Positions 26,975 through 37,186 are shown, counted from the first letter of the stretch. The stretch is DNA of 64,000 bases from an uncultured Planctomycetales bacterium (GCA_964487475.1 CAZAPM010000001.1:12374-76373), one strand, 5' to 3'. The notes: generated by a model from the sequence alone, not told the origin. A program made the numbers and translations.

Positions 26975-27864
26975 GATTCCTTTTTGCCGGGCAGGGGAGC
27001 CAGTATGTGGGTATGGGAAAGGACCTCTACGATACCTTTCCCGAGAGCCGGCAGGTCTTTGAGCAAGCCGATAAAGCTCTGGGGTTTTCCCTTTCCTCCC
27101 TGATCTTCGCGGGTGATCCGCAGGTCCTCAAGCAGACGCTTAACTCCCAGCCGGCGATCCTGACGGTGAGCGTCGCGGCGTACGCGGCCTTCAAGGCGCG
27201 CAAGGCGGTCGTGCCGGCGTTCATGGCGGGATTGAGCCTGGGTGAGTATTCTGCGCTGGTTTCCGCAGGCGCCCTGACGGTGGAGGACGGGCTGCGGCTG
27301 GTGCGTAAGAGGGCGGAGATCATGGAACAGGCGGCGCGCAAGAGCCCCGGGACCATGGCCGCAGTGCTGGAACTGCCCCTGGATAAGCTCAGGGACTGCT
27401 GCGCCAGGTCCGGAGCCGAGATCGCCAACCTTAACGCTCCGGGGCAGGTGGTGATCTCCGGGACCAAGGAGGCGGTGCTCAAGGCCAAGGACCTTTGCAT
27501 GGAAGCCGGGGCCAAACGGGTGATCGAGCTCGAAGTCAGCGGCGGTTTCCATTCCTCCCTCATGTCCGGCGCATCGGTCGAGCTTCAGGAAGTACTGGCG
27601 GATACGGTGTTCTCAAATCCCGTGATCCCGGTGGTGGGCAATGTGACGGCCGCCCCCCAGCAGCAGGTTCCGGAGATCAGGGAAAACCTGGTCAAGCAGA
27701 TGTATTCTTCGGTGCGCTGGGAGGAGTCGGTCAGGTACATGACCGGCCAAGGGGTAACGGAATTTTACGAGTTCGGCCCGGGAAAAGTGCTTAAAGGCCT
27801 GATGCGCAGGATCGATCCGGCGGTCCCGGTCACCGTGATAGAAAAAGCGGAGGATATAAAATGA
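26956..27864 (+). CDS. fabD: malonyl-CoA:ACP transacylase
   Basis: FLFAGQGSQYVGMG and GLSLGEYSAL (active Ser). The start could instead be the internal ATG at 26968 (MVGFLF). Confidence 0.9.
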   Translation: MRDKMVGFLFAGQGSQYVGMGKDLYDTFPESRQVFEQADKALGFSLSSLIFAGDPQVLKQTLNSQPAILTVSVAAYAAFKARKAVVPAFMAGLSLGEYSALVSAGALTVEDGLRLVRKRAEIMEQAARKSPGTMAAVLELPLDKLRDCCARSGAEIANLNAPGQVVISGTKEAVLKAKDLCMEAGAKRVIELEVSGGFHSSLMSGASVELQEVLADTVFSNPVIPVVGNVTAAPQQQVPEIRENLVKQMYSSVRWEESVRYMTGQGVTEFYEFGPGKVLKGLMRRIDPAVPVTVIEKAEDIK

Positions 27865-28604
27865 GATTGGCGGGAAAAGTGGCGTTGGTTACCGGTTCTG
27901 CGCAGGGGATAGGCAGGGAGATCGCGCTGGCGTTCGCGAAGGAAGGGGCGGACCTGGTGATCAGTGACGTCAACCTGGAAAAGGCCTCCCAAACTGCCAG
28001 GGAAATCGAAGGAATGGGCAGGGGATCTTTAGCGTTACAGCTTGATGTCACTAAAGTTACGGATGTGGAGGCGGCGGTAAATAAAATCCTTGACAAATTT
28101 GGCAAGGTTGATATATTAGTTAACAATGCAGGGATCACCAAGGACGGTCTTTTGCTCCGGATGAGCGAAGGGGACTGGGATGCGGTGATCAACGTGAATC
28201 TGAAGGGGACGTTCAACTGCATCAAGGCTGCTTCCAAGGTGATGATCAAGCAGCGCAGCGGCAAGATCATCAGCATCGCTTCGATCATAGGCCTCATAGG
28301 TAATGCCGGTCAGGCAAACTATGCCGCTTCGAAAGCGGGTATCATCGCTCTTACCAAGACCACAGCAAAGGAACTGGCGAGCCGCAACATCAACGTCAAT
28401 GCGGTGGCCCCCGGATTCATCCAGACCGATATGACCGCCAAGCTCTCCGATGAGCTCAAAGCGAAGATGCTGGCGAATATCCCTCTGGGAACGCTCGGGT
28501 CGCCGGCAGACGTGGCGAACGCCTGCGTGTTCCTGGCATCAGAGGATGCGAAGTATATCACCGGGCAGACCATTACGGTCGACGGTGGTATGGTAATGTC
28601 TTAA
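27861..28604 (+). CDS. fabG: 3-oxoacyl-ACP reductase
   Basis: KVALVTGSAQGIG, NNAG, YAASKAG. Located in the canonical fab cluster. Confidence 0.9.
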   Translation: MRLAGKVALVTGSAQGIGREIALAFAKEGADLVISDVNLEKASQTAREIEGMGRGSLALQLDVTKVTDVEAAVNKILDKFGKVDILVNNAGITKDGLLLRMSEGDWDAVINVNLKGTFNCIKAASKVMIKQRSGKIISIASIIGLIGNAGQANYAASKAGIIALTKTTAKELASRNINVNAVAPGFIQTDMTAKLSDELKAKMLANIPLGTLGSPADVANACVFLASEDAKYITGQTITVDGGMVMS

Positions 28605-28622
28605 CCCTAAAGGAGGAAAAGA

Positions 28623-28859
28623 ATGGCAGTACAAGATAAGGTGAAGTCGATCATCGCGGAGCAGTTGGGCGTCAAGCCGGAAGAGGTCACCCCGGAAGCT
28701 TCTTTCATCGATGATCTGGGTGCGGATTCCCTGGATACGGTCGAGTTGGTCATGGCGCTGGAAGAGGAGTTCGGCATCGAGATACCTGATGAGGACGCCG
28801 AGAAGATCACGTCTGTCGGTGATGCCATCAAGTACATCGAGGAGAAATCCGGTAAATAA
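28623..28859 (+). CDS. acpP: acyl carrier protein
   Basis: [19 protein letters not shown] phosphopantetheine-attachment motif (DSL). Confidence 0.95.
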   Translation: MAVQDKVKSIIAEQLGVKPEEVTPEASFIDDLGADSLDTVELVMALEEEFGIEIPDEDAEKITSVGDAIKYIEEKSGK

Positions 28860-28891
28860 GCAGAGATAACGTCGTCTTAACATACATTCTA

Positions 28892-28928
28892 CCCCGCCGG
28901 CGCAGTTTTTGGCGGGGTAAATTTTATA
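28892..28928 (+). terminator. putative terminator hairpin after acpP
   Basis: CCCCGCC...GGCGGGG 7-bp stem with a T-rich loop and an A/T-rich tail. Weaker than the others. Confidence 0.35.
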
Positions 28929-28937
28929 GGTCAAGCC

Positions 28938-30185
28938 ATGCATGAGCATAGGGTAGTGGTGACGGGATTAGGGGTCATTTCTCCGGTGGGCAATGATCTG
29001 CCGACCTTCTGGGATTCCCTCAAGGAGGGTAAGTCCGGAGCGGGGCCTTGCACCACCTTCGACGTTTCGAAGTTCGACAGCCGGATCGCCTGCGAGGTCA
29101 AGGGGTTCAATCCGGAGTTGTACGGATTCACCAAGAAGGACCTGCACCGCACCGAAAAGTTCGTGCTCTATGCCATCGCGGCCAGCCAGCAGGCGATCAA
29201 GGATTCCGGCCTGGACCTGGAAAAGGAGGACCGGGAGCGCATGGGGGTCATCATCGGTTCGGGGATAGGTTCCCTGCGCATCATCGAGGATGAGTACGAG
29301 AAATACCTCAAGAGCGGCCCGGGAAGGATCACCCCTTTCCTTATCCCTATGCTTATCGTCAACGAAGCTGCCGGGCAGACTGCCATGCGCTTCGGATTGA
29401 AGGGGCCCAACTCCTGCGTCACCACCGCCTGTGCCTCCGGAAGCCATGCCATCGGGGATGCCATGCGCGTGATCCAGCGGGGAGAGGCGGACGTGATGGT
29501 GACCGGCGGCACGGAAAGCTGCATCACCCATTTGGGGATCGGCGGTTTCTGCGCGTTAAAAGCCCTTTCCACCAGGAATGACGATCCGGCCAAGGCCAGC
29601 CGGCCATTCGACGCACAGCGCGACGGTTTTGTCATGGCGGAAGGGTGCGGAGTGGTGGTGCTGGAAAGTTTGGAGCACGCCAAGAAACGCAACGCCCCGA
29701 TCTACGCGGAGCTGACCGGATTCGGCATGTCCTGCGATGCGTACCATATCACCGCGCCCGATCCGGAAGGCTACGGCGCGTCCCTGGCCATGAAATGGGC
29801 CCTGAAGGATGCCAAGGTCGATCCTTCGGCCGTTACCTATATTAATGCGCACGGGACATCGACCAAGCTCAATGATAAGATCGAGACCCTGGCGACCAAG
29901 AAGGCGCTGGGAGAAGCCGTCAAGAAAGTGATGATCTCCTCGACCAAGTCCATGACCGGGCATCTGCTGGGCGCGGCCGGCGGGGTGGAGTTCATCGTCT
30001 GCTGCCTGGCCACCAAGCACGATATCGTGCCTCCGACCATCAATCTCGAGCATCCCGACCCGGATTGCGACCTGGATTACGTGCCGAATACCGCGCGCCA
30101 GGTCAAGGTCGAGGTGTGCATGTCCAATTCCTTAGGGTTCGGCGGCCACAACGCCACCCTGGTGACCAAAAAATTCAAAGGATGA
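28938..30185 (+). CDS. fabF: 3-oxoacyl-ACP synthase II
   Basis: TTACASGSHAIGDA (active Cys), HGTSTKLND and GHLLGAAG. Confidence 0.9.
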   Translation: MHEHRVVVTGLGVISPVGNDLPTFWDSLKEGKSGAGPCTTFDVSKFDSRIACEVKGFNPELYGFTKKDLHRTEKFVLYAIAASQQAIKDSGLDLEKEDRERMGVIIGSGIGSLRIIEDEYEKYLKSGPGRITPFLIPMLIVNEAAGQTAMRFGLKGPNSCVTTACASGSHAIGDAMRVIQRGEADVMVTGGTESCITHLGIGGFCALKALSTRNDDPAKASRPFDAQRDGFVMAEGCGVVVLESLEHAKKRNAPIYAELTGFGMSCDAYHITAPDPEGYGASLAMKWALKDAKVDPSAVTYINAHGTSTKLNDKIETLATKKALGEAVKKVMISSTKSMTGHLLGAAGGVEFIVCCLATKHDIVPPTINLEHPDPDCDLDYVPNTARQVKVEVCMSNSLGFGGHNATLVTKKFKG

Positions 30186-30190
30186 TCTAG

Positions 30191-31450
30191 ATGGGATATA
30201 CGATCGCGGAAAAGATCCTGATGGCCCATGCGGGCAAGAAGGATATCGCGCCGGGCGCGTTCATCGAAGCTAAGGTGGACGTGGCGCTGGGCAACGATAT
30301 CACCGCGCCCCTGGCGATCTCGGAGTTCAAGAAGGCGGGATTCACCAGGGTGTTCGACCGCAAGAAAATAGTGCTGGTGCCGGACCATTTCGCTCCGGCC
30401 AAGGATCTTAAAAGCGCCAACCAGTGCAAGATCCTCGCGGATTTCGCGGCCGAGCAGAAAATCGTGAATTATTTCGAGGTAGGGTGCATGGGTATCGAGC
30501 ATGCCCTGCTCCCGGAGAAGAAGCTGGTGCTTCCGGGGGACCTGATCATCGGGGCGGATTCGCACACCTGCACCTACGGCGCGTTAGGGGCGTATTCCAC
30601 CGGAGTGGGATCGACCGACCTGGCCCGGGCGTTCGCGGACGGGAAATGCTGGTTCAAGGTGCCCGCCTCCATGAAGTTCGTGTTCAAAGGCGCGCGCGAT
30701 CCCTGGGTAGGGGGTAAAGACCTCATCCTGGCGGTGATCGGCCGCATCGGTGTAGACGGGGCGATCTATAAGTCCATGGAGTTCGCCGGTCCGGCGATCG
30801 AGAAACTGGGGATGGACGACCGCTTCGCCATGTCCAACATGGCCATAGAAGCCGGCGGCCGCGCCGGGATCATCGCCGCGGATAAGACCACGCTGGAGTA
30901 CGTCGATCCGGCGCCGCGCAAATATAAGGTGTACCAGAGCGATCCCGATGCCCGGTACGAGCAGGTCCTGGAGTTCGACCTCAAGGGTATGGAGCCTCAG
31001 GTGGCCTGTCCGCATCTTCCCAGCAACGTCAAGCCGGTGGGGGAGCTTTCCTCGATCCGGGTGGACCAGGTGGTGATAGGATCCTGCACCAACGGCCGTA
31101 TTTCCGACCTGCGCATCGCGGCGAAGCTGCTTAAGGGTAAAAAGGTCCCCGGAGGATTGCGTCTGATCGTTTTCCCCGGGACCCAGAAGATCTACCGGCA
31201 GGCGGTCAAGGAAGGGCTGGCGGATATTTTCGTGAGGGCCGGCGGGATCTTTTCCACTCCGACGTGCGGTCCCTGCCTGGGCGGGCATATGGGGATCCTG
31301 ACGGAAGGGGAGCGCTGTATCGCGACCACCAACCGGAATTTCATCGGCCGCATGGGCAGCCCGAAATCAGAGGTATATCTTTCCAGTCCCGCAGTCGCCG
31401 CCGCATCCGCAGTCACGGGCAGGATCACGCACCCTGCCGCGATACGCTAA
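30191..31450 (+). CDS. leuC: 3-isopropylmalate dehydratase large subunit (short, archaeal-type LeuC)
   Basis: Aconitase-family blocks VPDHF, GIEHA, GADSHT, GSCTNGR and PTCGPCLG. Its ~419-aa length is typical of the LeuC2/HACN large-subunit type. Confidence 0.85.
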   Translation: MGYTIAEKILMAHAGKKDIAPGAFIEAKVDVALGNDITAPLAISEFKKAGFTRVFDRKKIVLVPDHFAPAKDLKSANQCKILADFAAEQKIVNYFEVGCMGIEHALLPEKKLVLPGDLIIGADSHTCTYGALGAYSTGVGSTDLARAFADGKCWFKVPASMKFVFKGARDPWVGGKDLILAVIGRIGVDGAIYKSMEFAGPAIEKLGMDDRFAMSNMAIEAGGRAGIIAADKTTLEYVDPAPRKYKVYQSDPDARYEQVLEFDLKGMEPQVACPHLPSNVKPVGELSSIRVDQVVIGSCTNGRISDLRIAAKLLKGKKVPGGLRLIVFPGTQKIYRQAVKEGLADIFVRAGGIFSTPTCGPCLGGHMGILTEGERCIATTNRNFIGRMGSPKSEVYLSSPAVAAASAVTGRITHPAAIR

Positions 31451-31463
31451 GGAGACCATTCCC

Positions 31464-31970
31464 ATGATACTCAAAGGCAAGGTGCATAAATTTGCCGACG
31501 ATATAAATACCGACGATATCATCGCCGCCAAGTACCTGGTCACGACCGACGAGAAGGAGCTGGGCAGGAAGTGCATGGAAACGATCGCCCCGGAGTTCGT
31601 CTCGCAGGTGCAGCCGGGGGATATCATCGTGGCGGGCAAGAACTTCGGCTGCGGCTCCTCGCGGGAGCATGCGCCCCTGGCGATCAAGGGCTGCGGGATC
31701 TCCGCCGTGGTGGCCAAGAGTTTCGCCGGGATATTCTTCCGCAATGCCATCAATATCGGGCTGCCTTTTCTGGAGTCCGCGGATACCGATCAGTTCGATG
31801 CCGGGGACGAGGTGGAGATCGACCTTGCGGCGGGCGTCATCCGCAACAAGACCAAGGGGCGGGAATATAAAACACAGCCCTTTCCGGATTTTCTTCAGGA
31901 GATCGTCGCTGCCGGCGGCCTGATGAACCGGGTGAAGATTTCGCGTGCGGCGAAAGGAGCCAGGGAATGA
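31464..31970 (+). CDS. leuD: 3-isopropylmalate dehydratase small subunit
   Basis: DINTDDIIAAKYL and GKNFGCGSSREHAP, the aconitase C-terminal swivel domain. Confidence 0.85.
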   Translation: MILKGKVHKFADDINTDDIIAAKYLVTTDEKELGRKCMETIAPEFVSQVQPGDIIVAGKNFGCGSSREHAPLAIKGCGISAVVAKSFAGIFFRNAINIGLPFLESADTDQFDAGDEVEIDLAAGVIRNKTKGREYKTQPFPDFLQEIVAAGGLMNRVKISRAAKGARE

Positions 31971-32230
31971 TCAGAGTGGAAAAGGAAAAGCGCAAGGTCA
32001 CCGTGTTCTGCACCGACGGCACGCTCATCAGCGGGTTCGTGCACATCAACCCCGGAGAGCGGATCCTGGATTTTCTCAATGACGCCAAGGAGGAGTTCAT
32101 CGCGGTGACCAGCGCGGAGTTCCGCAATGTCCCCGAGATCCATTCCTTCAAGCTGGTCAACGAGTTCAAGAAGAAGAAGAGCATCGTGGTCCTCAACAAA
32201 TCCACGGTCAAGATGGTGGAAGAGATATAA
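31967..32230 (+). CDS. small conserved-looking hypothetical protein embedded in leu operon
   Basis: 87 aa. ATGA overlap with the leuD stop. Lys-rich ends. Predicted beta-rich core (VTVFCTDGTLISGFVHINPGERILDFLN). Confidence 0.4.
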   Translation: MIRVEKEKRKVTVFCTDGTLISGFVHINPGERILDFLNDAKEEFIAVTSAEFRNVPEIHSFKLVNEFKKKKSIVVLNKSTVKMVEEI

Positions 32231-32242
32231 TTACCGCGTGAG

Positions 32243-33298
32243 GTGGATATGTACAAGATCGCAGTGATCCCCGGCGACGGCACGGGCCCCGAGGTGGTGC
32301 GGGAAGGCCTGAAAGTGATGCAGGCCGCGTCGAAGAAGTTCGGGTTTGCCTACGAGACGACGACGTTCGATTTCGGGGGGGAGCGTTACCTTAAGACCGG
32401 CAAGACCCTGGAGGATGCCGATATCGCGAAGCTCAAGGGGTATCAGGCCATCTATCTCGGCGCCATAGGGCATCCGGACGTCAAGCCCGGGATACTGGAG
32501 CAGGGGATACTGCTCAAGCTCCGTTTTTCCCTGGACCAGTATATCAACCTCCGTCCGGTCAAGCTTTATAACGAGGCATTCTGCCCTTTGAAGGACAAGA
32601 AGCCCTCGGACATCGATTTCGTGGTGGTGCGCGAGAACTCCGAAGGCCTGTATAAGGGCCTGGGCGAGTTCCAGAAGAAGGGGACCGCCGACGAGGTCGC
32701 GATCCAGATCAGCCACAATACCCGCAAGGGCGTGGAGCGGTGCATCCGTTACGCCTTCGAGTTCACCCGCGCGCGCAACAAGCGCAAAAAGCTGACCCTC
32801 TGCGGCAAGACCAACGTGCTGACGTTCGCCTGGGACCTGTGGCAGCGCACCTTCAACGAGGTGGCCAAGGAATATCCGGACGTGACCACGGATTACGCGC
32901 ACGTGGACGCGACCACCATGTGGTTCGTGAAGAACCCGGAATGGTTCGACGTCATCGTCACCGATAACATGTTCGGGGATATCATCACCGACTTGGGCGC
33001 CATGATCCAGGGAGGCATGGGGATCGCCGCGGGAGGCAACATCAACCCGCAGGGTGTGTCCATGTTCGAACCGATCGGGGGAAGCGCCCCGAAGTACACC
33101 GGATTGAACGTCATCAATCCCCTGGCGGCGATCTGCGCCGGGGCGATGCTGCTCGATACCCTGGGGGAGAAGAAGGCCGCCGAGGCGATCGAGGGCGCGG
33201 TGATCGGTCTGGTGCAGACGAAATTCAAATCGCTGGCTGCCGGCAAGATGGGGTACTCCACCGAGCAGGTGGGGGACCTGGTGGCGGCCGCACTCTAA
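32243..33298 (+). CDS. leuB: 3-isopropylmalate dehydrogenase (isocitrate/isopropylmalate DH family, TtuC-like subtype)
   Basis: IAVIPGDGTGPEV, NLRP and GSAPKYTG...NP blocks. Operon context with leuCD. Confidence 0.8.
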   Translation: MDMYKIAVIPGDGTGPEVVREGLKVMQAASKKFGFAYETTTFDFGGERYLKTGKTLEDADIAKLKGYQAIYLGAIGHPDVKPGILEQGILLKLRFSLDQYINLRPVKLYNEAFCPLKDKKPSDIDFVVVRENSEGLYKGLGEFQKKGTADEVAIQISHNTRKGVERCIRYAFEFTRARNKRKKLTLCGKTNVLTFAWDLWQRTFNEVAKEYPDVTTDYAHVDATTMWFVKNPEWFDVIVTDNMFGDIITDLGAMIQGGMGIAAGGNINPQGVSMFEPIGGSAPKYTGLNVINPLAAICAGAMLLDTLGEKKAAEAIEGAVIGLVQTKFKSLAAGKMGYSTEQVGDLVAAAL

Positions 33299-33317
33299 GA
33301 TAAGGAAGGGGACTCAG

Positions 33318-34340
33318 ATGTCCAAGAAATACAATGTATGCGTGGTTGGCGCCGGGGTGGTGGGCGTAGAGATGCTGCGGGTATTGCGTCAGCGCAAGTT
33401 CCCCGTGAACGAGCTCAAGGTATTCGCGCGTTCCGCGCGGACCATGGAAGTGGACGGGCATTCCTATAAGGTGGAGCCTATCTCCGCGGAGGGCTTCTCC
33501 GGGATCGACATCGCGCTCTTCGCCGGTACCGAGGGTGAAAAGGGCGCGGCGGTGACCTTCGCCCCCGAGGCGGTCAAGCGCGGGGCGGTGGTGATCGATA
33601 ACGGCGCGGATTTCCGCATGGAACCCGATGTCCCGCTGGTCGTGCCCGAGGTCAACGGCGAAGATGTGAAGAAGCATAAGGGGATCATCGCCAACCCGAA
33701 CTGTTCCACTATCCAGATGGTGGTAGCGCTCTGGCCTATCCATAAGGCGGTGGGGATCAAGAAGATCGTGGTGACCACGCTGCAGGCGTCTTCCGGCGCA
33801 GGCAAGGGCGCGGTGGAGCAGCTGAAGGAAGAGATATCCCTGGTCGCGCAGGGGGGGTATGAGAACGTGCAGGTCAAGGCGCAGCACCAGTCCATGCCGC
33901 AGCAGCTGGCGTACAACGTGTTCCCGCAGATCGGGGGTTTCGTCGAGCTCGATTACACCAGCGAAGAGTGGAAGCTGGTCAAGGAAACCCATAAGATCAT
34001 GCATGACGATACCATCAGCGTTTCGGCGACCACCGTGCGCGTGCCGGTGCGTACCGGACACTCCGAGAGCATCTATATCGAGACCAGGAAACCCATCACT
34101 CCCGCCGAGGTGAGGAAATTGCTGGAAAAGGCTCCCGGCGTGGTGCTGGTGGACGATCCGGCGCAGGGCAAGTATCCCATGCCCAAGGATGTGGAAGGCA
34201 GGGACGAGACCTTCGTGGGCAGGATCCGCCAGGATGCGTTCGATACATGCGGCCTCTGGCTCTGGGTGGTGGCAGATAACCTGCGCAAGGGCGCCGCGAG
34301 CAATGCCGTGCAGATCGCGGAATGCCTAATATCCAAATAA
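33318..34340 (+). CDS. asd: aspartate-semialdehyde dehydrogenase
   Basis: VVGAGVVG Rossmann fold and the active-site region IANPNCSTIQ. Confidence 0.9.
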   Translation: MSKKYNVCVVGAGVVGVEMLRVLRQRKFPVNELKVFARSARTMEVDGHSYKVEPISAEGFSGIDIALFAGTEGEKGAAVTFAPEAVKRGAVVIDNGADFRMEPDVPLVVPEVNGEDVKKHKGIIANPNCSTIQMVVALWPIHKAVGIKKIVVTTLQASSGAGKGAVEQLKEEISLVAQGGYENVQVKAQHQSMPQQLAYNVFPQIGGFVELDYTSEEWKLVKETHKIMHDDTISVSATTVRVPVRTGHSESIYIETRKPITPAEVRKLLEKAPGVVLVDDPAQGKYPMPKDVEGRDETFVGRIRQDAFDTCGLWLWVVADNLRKGAASNAVQIAECLISK

Positions 34341-35107
34341 CCCTGGAGTACGAAGGGACCCGGTACGCCGGATGGCAGGCGCAGCGGGGGAAACTTTCGA
34401 GGAGCGACCGGACCGTCCAGCAGGTGGTGGAAAAGGCGCTGGCTGAGGTGCTGAAAGAGCCGGTCGACCTGATCGGCGCCAGCCGTACCGATGCCGGGGT
34501 GCATGCCCGGGGACAATCGGCGAACTTCTCGTACCGCGGAAACTTCCCTCCCGAAAAGCTGCAGGGCGCGCTCAATGCGCGTCTTCCCGAAGATATCGCC
34601 GTGACCGGCTGCCGTCAGGTGGGGGACGATTTTCACAGCCGTTACGCCGCAGCGGCAAAACAGTACCGTTACGAGGTGATCTGCCGCAAGGTGCGGCCGG
34701 TGCTGGAGCGTGACCGGGCGCACTGGTGCCCGCAGCCGCTGGATGTGCCGCTGATGCGCGCGGAAGCCTCGGTACTTGCGGGTCGGCATGATTTCAAGGC
34801 ATTTGAAGCGAGCGATGCGGCCCGCAGTGCTCGCCGCAGCAGTATCCGTACCGTGCGTTCGATCAGGGTATCCCGGCGCGGGGAGCGGGTGGCTCTCGAG
34901 ATCACGGGCAGCGGTTTTCTGCACCATATGGTGAGGAATATCGCCGGCACACTGCTGGATATCGGCCGGGGTAAGCTGCCGCCGGGGAGCATGCGCAAGA
35001 TCCTGGCTTCCCGCGACAGGAAGAAGGCAGGGCCGACCGCGCCGGCCTGCGGGTTGACCCTGGTCAAGGTGTTCTACAATTCGAAAAAACCCGTTGACAC
35101 GCAGTAG
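34322..35107 (+). CDS. truA: tRNA pseudouridine(38-40) synthase TruA
   Basis: EYEGTRYAGWQAQ and the catalytic-Asp region GASRTDAGVHARGQ. Confidence 0.9.
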   Translation: MPNIQITLEYEGTRYAGWQAQRGKLSRSDRTVQQVVEKALAEVLKEPVDLIGASRTDAGVHARGQSANFSYRGNFPPEKLQGALNARLPEDIAVTGCRQVGDDFHSRYAAAAKQYRYEVICRKVRPVLERDRAHWCPQPLDVPLMRAEASVLAGRHDFKAFEASDAARSARRSSIRTVRSIRVSRRGERVALEITGSGFLHHMVRNIAGTLLDIGRGKLPPGSMRKILASRDRKKAGPTAPACGLTLVKVFYNSKKPVDTQ

Positions 35108-35122
35108 AAGTATGGTATAATT
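35095..35122 (+). promoter_or_regulatory. consensus sigma70 promoter (TTGACA-16-TATAAT) for rplM-rpsI
   Basis: Perfect -35 and -10 hexamers with a TG dinucleotide immediately upstream of the -10. The -35 lies inside the last codons of truA. Confidence 0.55.
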
Positions 35123-35163
35123 CTTGCTCTATTTGTTAAACGCGTTAAAAGGTAAAGAGAACG

Positions 35164-35598
35164 ATGAAAAAGACATACGAAGCTAAAAAGAAGGATATTG
35201 TGCGTCAGTGGTATCTTTTTGACGCCAAGGATAAGATCTTAGGGCGATTGGCGACCAGGGTGGCGATGGTGCTGCGCGGCAAACACAAGCCGATGTTCAC
35301 TCCGTCCGTCGATACGGGGGATAATGTCATCGTGATCAATGCGTCCAAGGTCCGCGTGACCGGGCGCAAGATGAAGCAGAAGGTGTACCGGCGTTATTCC
35401 GGGTATCCGGGAGGGTTGCGCGAAGTGACCCTGGAGAACATGTTCTCGGATAAGCCTTCGACCGTGATCAGGCTGGCGGTACGCAGGATGCTCCCGGGCG
35501 GGCCGCTGGGACGCGACCTGATCAAGAAACTCAAGATCTACGAGGGCGATTCGCACCCGTTGCAGGTGAAGAATACTTTATCTTTGGAGGTTAAATAG
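35164..35598 (+). CDS. rplM: 50S ribosomal protein L13
   Basis: WYLFDAKDKILGRLAT...LRGKHKP. Confidence 0.95.
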   Translation: MKKTYEAKKKDIVRQWYLFDAKDKILGRLATRVAMVLRGKHKPMFTPSVDTGDNVIVINASKVRVTGRKMKQKVYRRYSGYPGGLREVTLENMFSDKPSTVIRLAVRRMLPGGPLGRDLIKKLKIYEGDSHPLQVKNTLSLEVK

Positions 35599-35602
35599 CG
35601 TT

Positions 35603-36004
35603 ATGGGCAATGCAGGCAAGGTCAAGTCAATGATCGTAGGCAGACGCAAGGAAGCGGTGGCCAGAGTCAAGCTCGTGCCGGGAACCGGCGGGTTTAGCGT
35701 CAACGGCAAGCCCTTCGACGTCTATTTCATCAGGGAAACGGACCGTATCATCAGCAAACAGCCGTTGACCCTGACCAATAACCTCACCAAATTCGATATC
35801 CGCGCGAACCTGCGCGGAGGCGGGCTGACCGGACAGGCAGGCGCGCTGCGCCACGCCATCTCCCGGGCCTTGATCGAGATCGACCCGGCGTTCAAGGAGC
35901 TTTTGCGCAAGAACGGCTATCTTACGCGTGATCCCCGCATGAAGGAGCGTAAGAAGTACGGACAGAAAGGCGCCCGCAAGCGTTTCCAGTGGACCAAGCG
36001 GTAA
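35603..36004 (+). CDS. rpsI: 30S ribosomal protein S9
   Basis: GRRKEAVARV... and the C-terminal KYGQKGARKRFQWTKR. Confidence 0.95.
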   Translation: MGNAGKVKSMIVGRRKEAVARVKLVPGTGGFSVNGKPFDVYFIRETDRIISKQPLTLTNNLTKFDIRANLRGGGLTGQAGALRHAISRALIEIDPAFKELLRKNGYLTRDPRMKERKKYGQKGARKRFQWTKR

Positions 36005-36025
36005 CGCGCAGGCGGCAGTATTCGA

Positions 36026-36060
36026 TCCCGCGGGGAGAAACCCCCGCGGGATTTTTTTTT
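36026..36060 (+). terminator. rho-independent terminator after rpsI
   Basis: TCCCGCGGGG-AGAAAC-CCCCGCGGGA 10-bp GC stem followed by T9. Confidence 0.8.
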
Positions 36061-36154
36061 GTCGTCGAGAAAAATCCTTGCAGGGACGGGGGATTTATGC
36101 TAATGTAAACCATACGTGGAGTGTCTTACCGACGAGCCGAGAGGAACGTACACC

Positions 36155-37180
36155 ATGATCAATGTCGGAATTATCGGAGCGACCGGGCATACCGGAGAGG
36201 AACTTATCGCGGTGCTGCTTAACCATCCCAAGGTTACGCTCACCGCGCTTTTTAATACCAGCGACGAGACGAAGGATATCGCGGAGTTCTTTCCGCGTTT
36301 CAAGGGCCGGATCTCCATGCCGTGCGGCAAGGTCGATCTCGATGCCCTGCAGGCACGCTGCGAATGCGTCTTTCTGGCGCTGCCGCATACCGTTTCCATG
36401 GAGTTCGCGCCCAAGCTGCTGAAGATGGGCAAGCGGGTGATCGACTTAAGCGCCGATTACCGCCTGGACGAGCCGGATGTCTACGAGCGCCATTACAAGA
36501 CCCCGCATAAGGATTCCGGTACGCTCAAGCATGCGGTGTACGGATTGCCGGAGATATACCGGGAGAATATCGCCTCCGCCAAGCTGGTGGCCAACCCCGG
36601 GTGCTATCCTACCTGCGCGCTTCTGGCGCTGGCTCCCCTGATGTCCATGGAGCTGGCTGATCCGAAGGAGCCGGTGATCATCGATGCGAAGTCCGGGGTC
36701 AGCGGCGCGGGCAAGAAGCTGGCCAAGGAGTTCCTTTTCGTCGAGGCGAACGAGGATTTTCGTGCGTATAAGGTCAATGCCCATCAGCATATGCCCGAGA
36801 TCGAGCAGATCTTAAGCCGCCTGGCCGGGGTCAAGTCCAAGATCATCTTCGTGCCTCATCTTTTGCCTTTGCAGCGCGGGATACTGGAGACCATCTACGT
36901 GAAGAAGGCGCCGGGCGCGGAGATGAAAGCGGATTCGGTCACCGCCCTGTACCGCAAGTTCTATAAGCAGGAACCGTTCGTGCGGGTAAGGGATACCCAT
37001 GATTACCCCCGGCTGAAGGATGTCGCCGGGACCAACTTCTGCGATATCAGCATCAAAGAGGAAGAGGGTCATTATATCGTGGTGGCTTGTATCGACAACC
37101 TTTTGAAAGGTGCTTCCGGACAGGCAGTGCAGAACATGAACATCATGTATCAGCTGCCCGAAACGGCCGGTCTGGCGTAA
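36155..37180 (+). CDS. argC: N-acetyl-gamma-glutamyl-phosphate reductase
   Basis: Start trimmed to MINVGIIGATGHTGEEL (GAGAGGA RBS upstream). The active-site Cys region NPGCYPT is present. Confidence 0.9.
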   Translation: MINVGIIGATGHTGEELIAVLLNHPKVTLTALFNTSDETKDIAEFFPRFKGRISMPCGKVDLDALQARCECVFLALPHTVSMEFAPKLLKMGKRVIDLSADYRLDEPDVYERHYKTPHKDSGTLKHAVYGLPEIYRENIASAKLVANPGCYPTCALLALAPLMSMELADPKEPVIIDAKSGVSGAGKKLAKEFLFVEANEDFRAYKVNAHQHMPEIEQILSRLAGVKSKIIFVPHLLPLQRGILETIYVKKAPGAEMKADSVTALYRKFYKQEPFVRVRDTHDYPRLKDVAGTNFCDISIKEEEGHYIVVACIDNLLKGASGQAVQNMNIMYQLPETAGLA

Positions 37181-37186
37181 TCTCCC

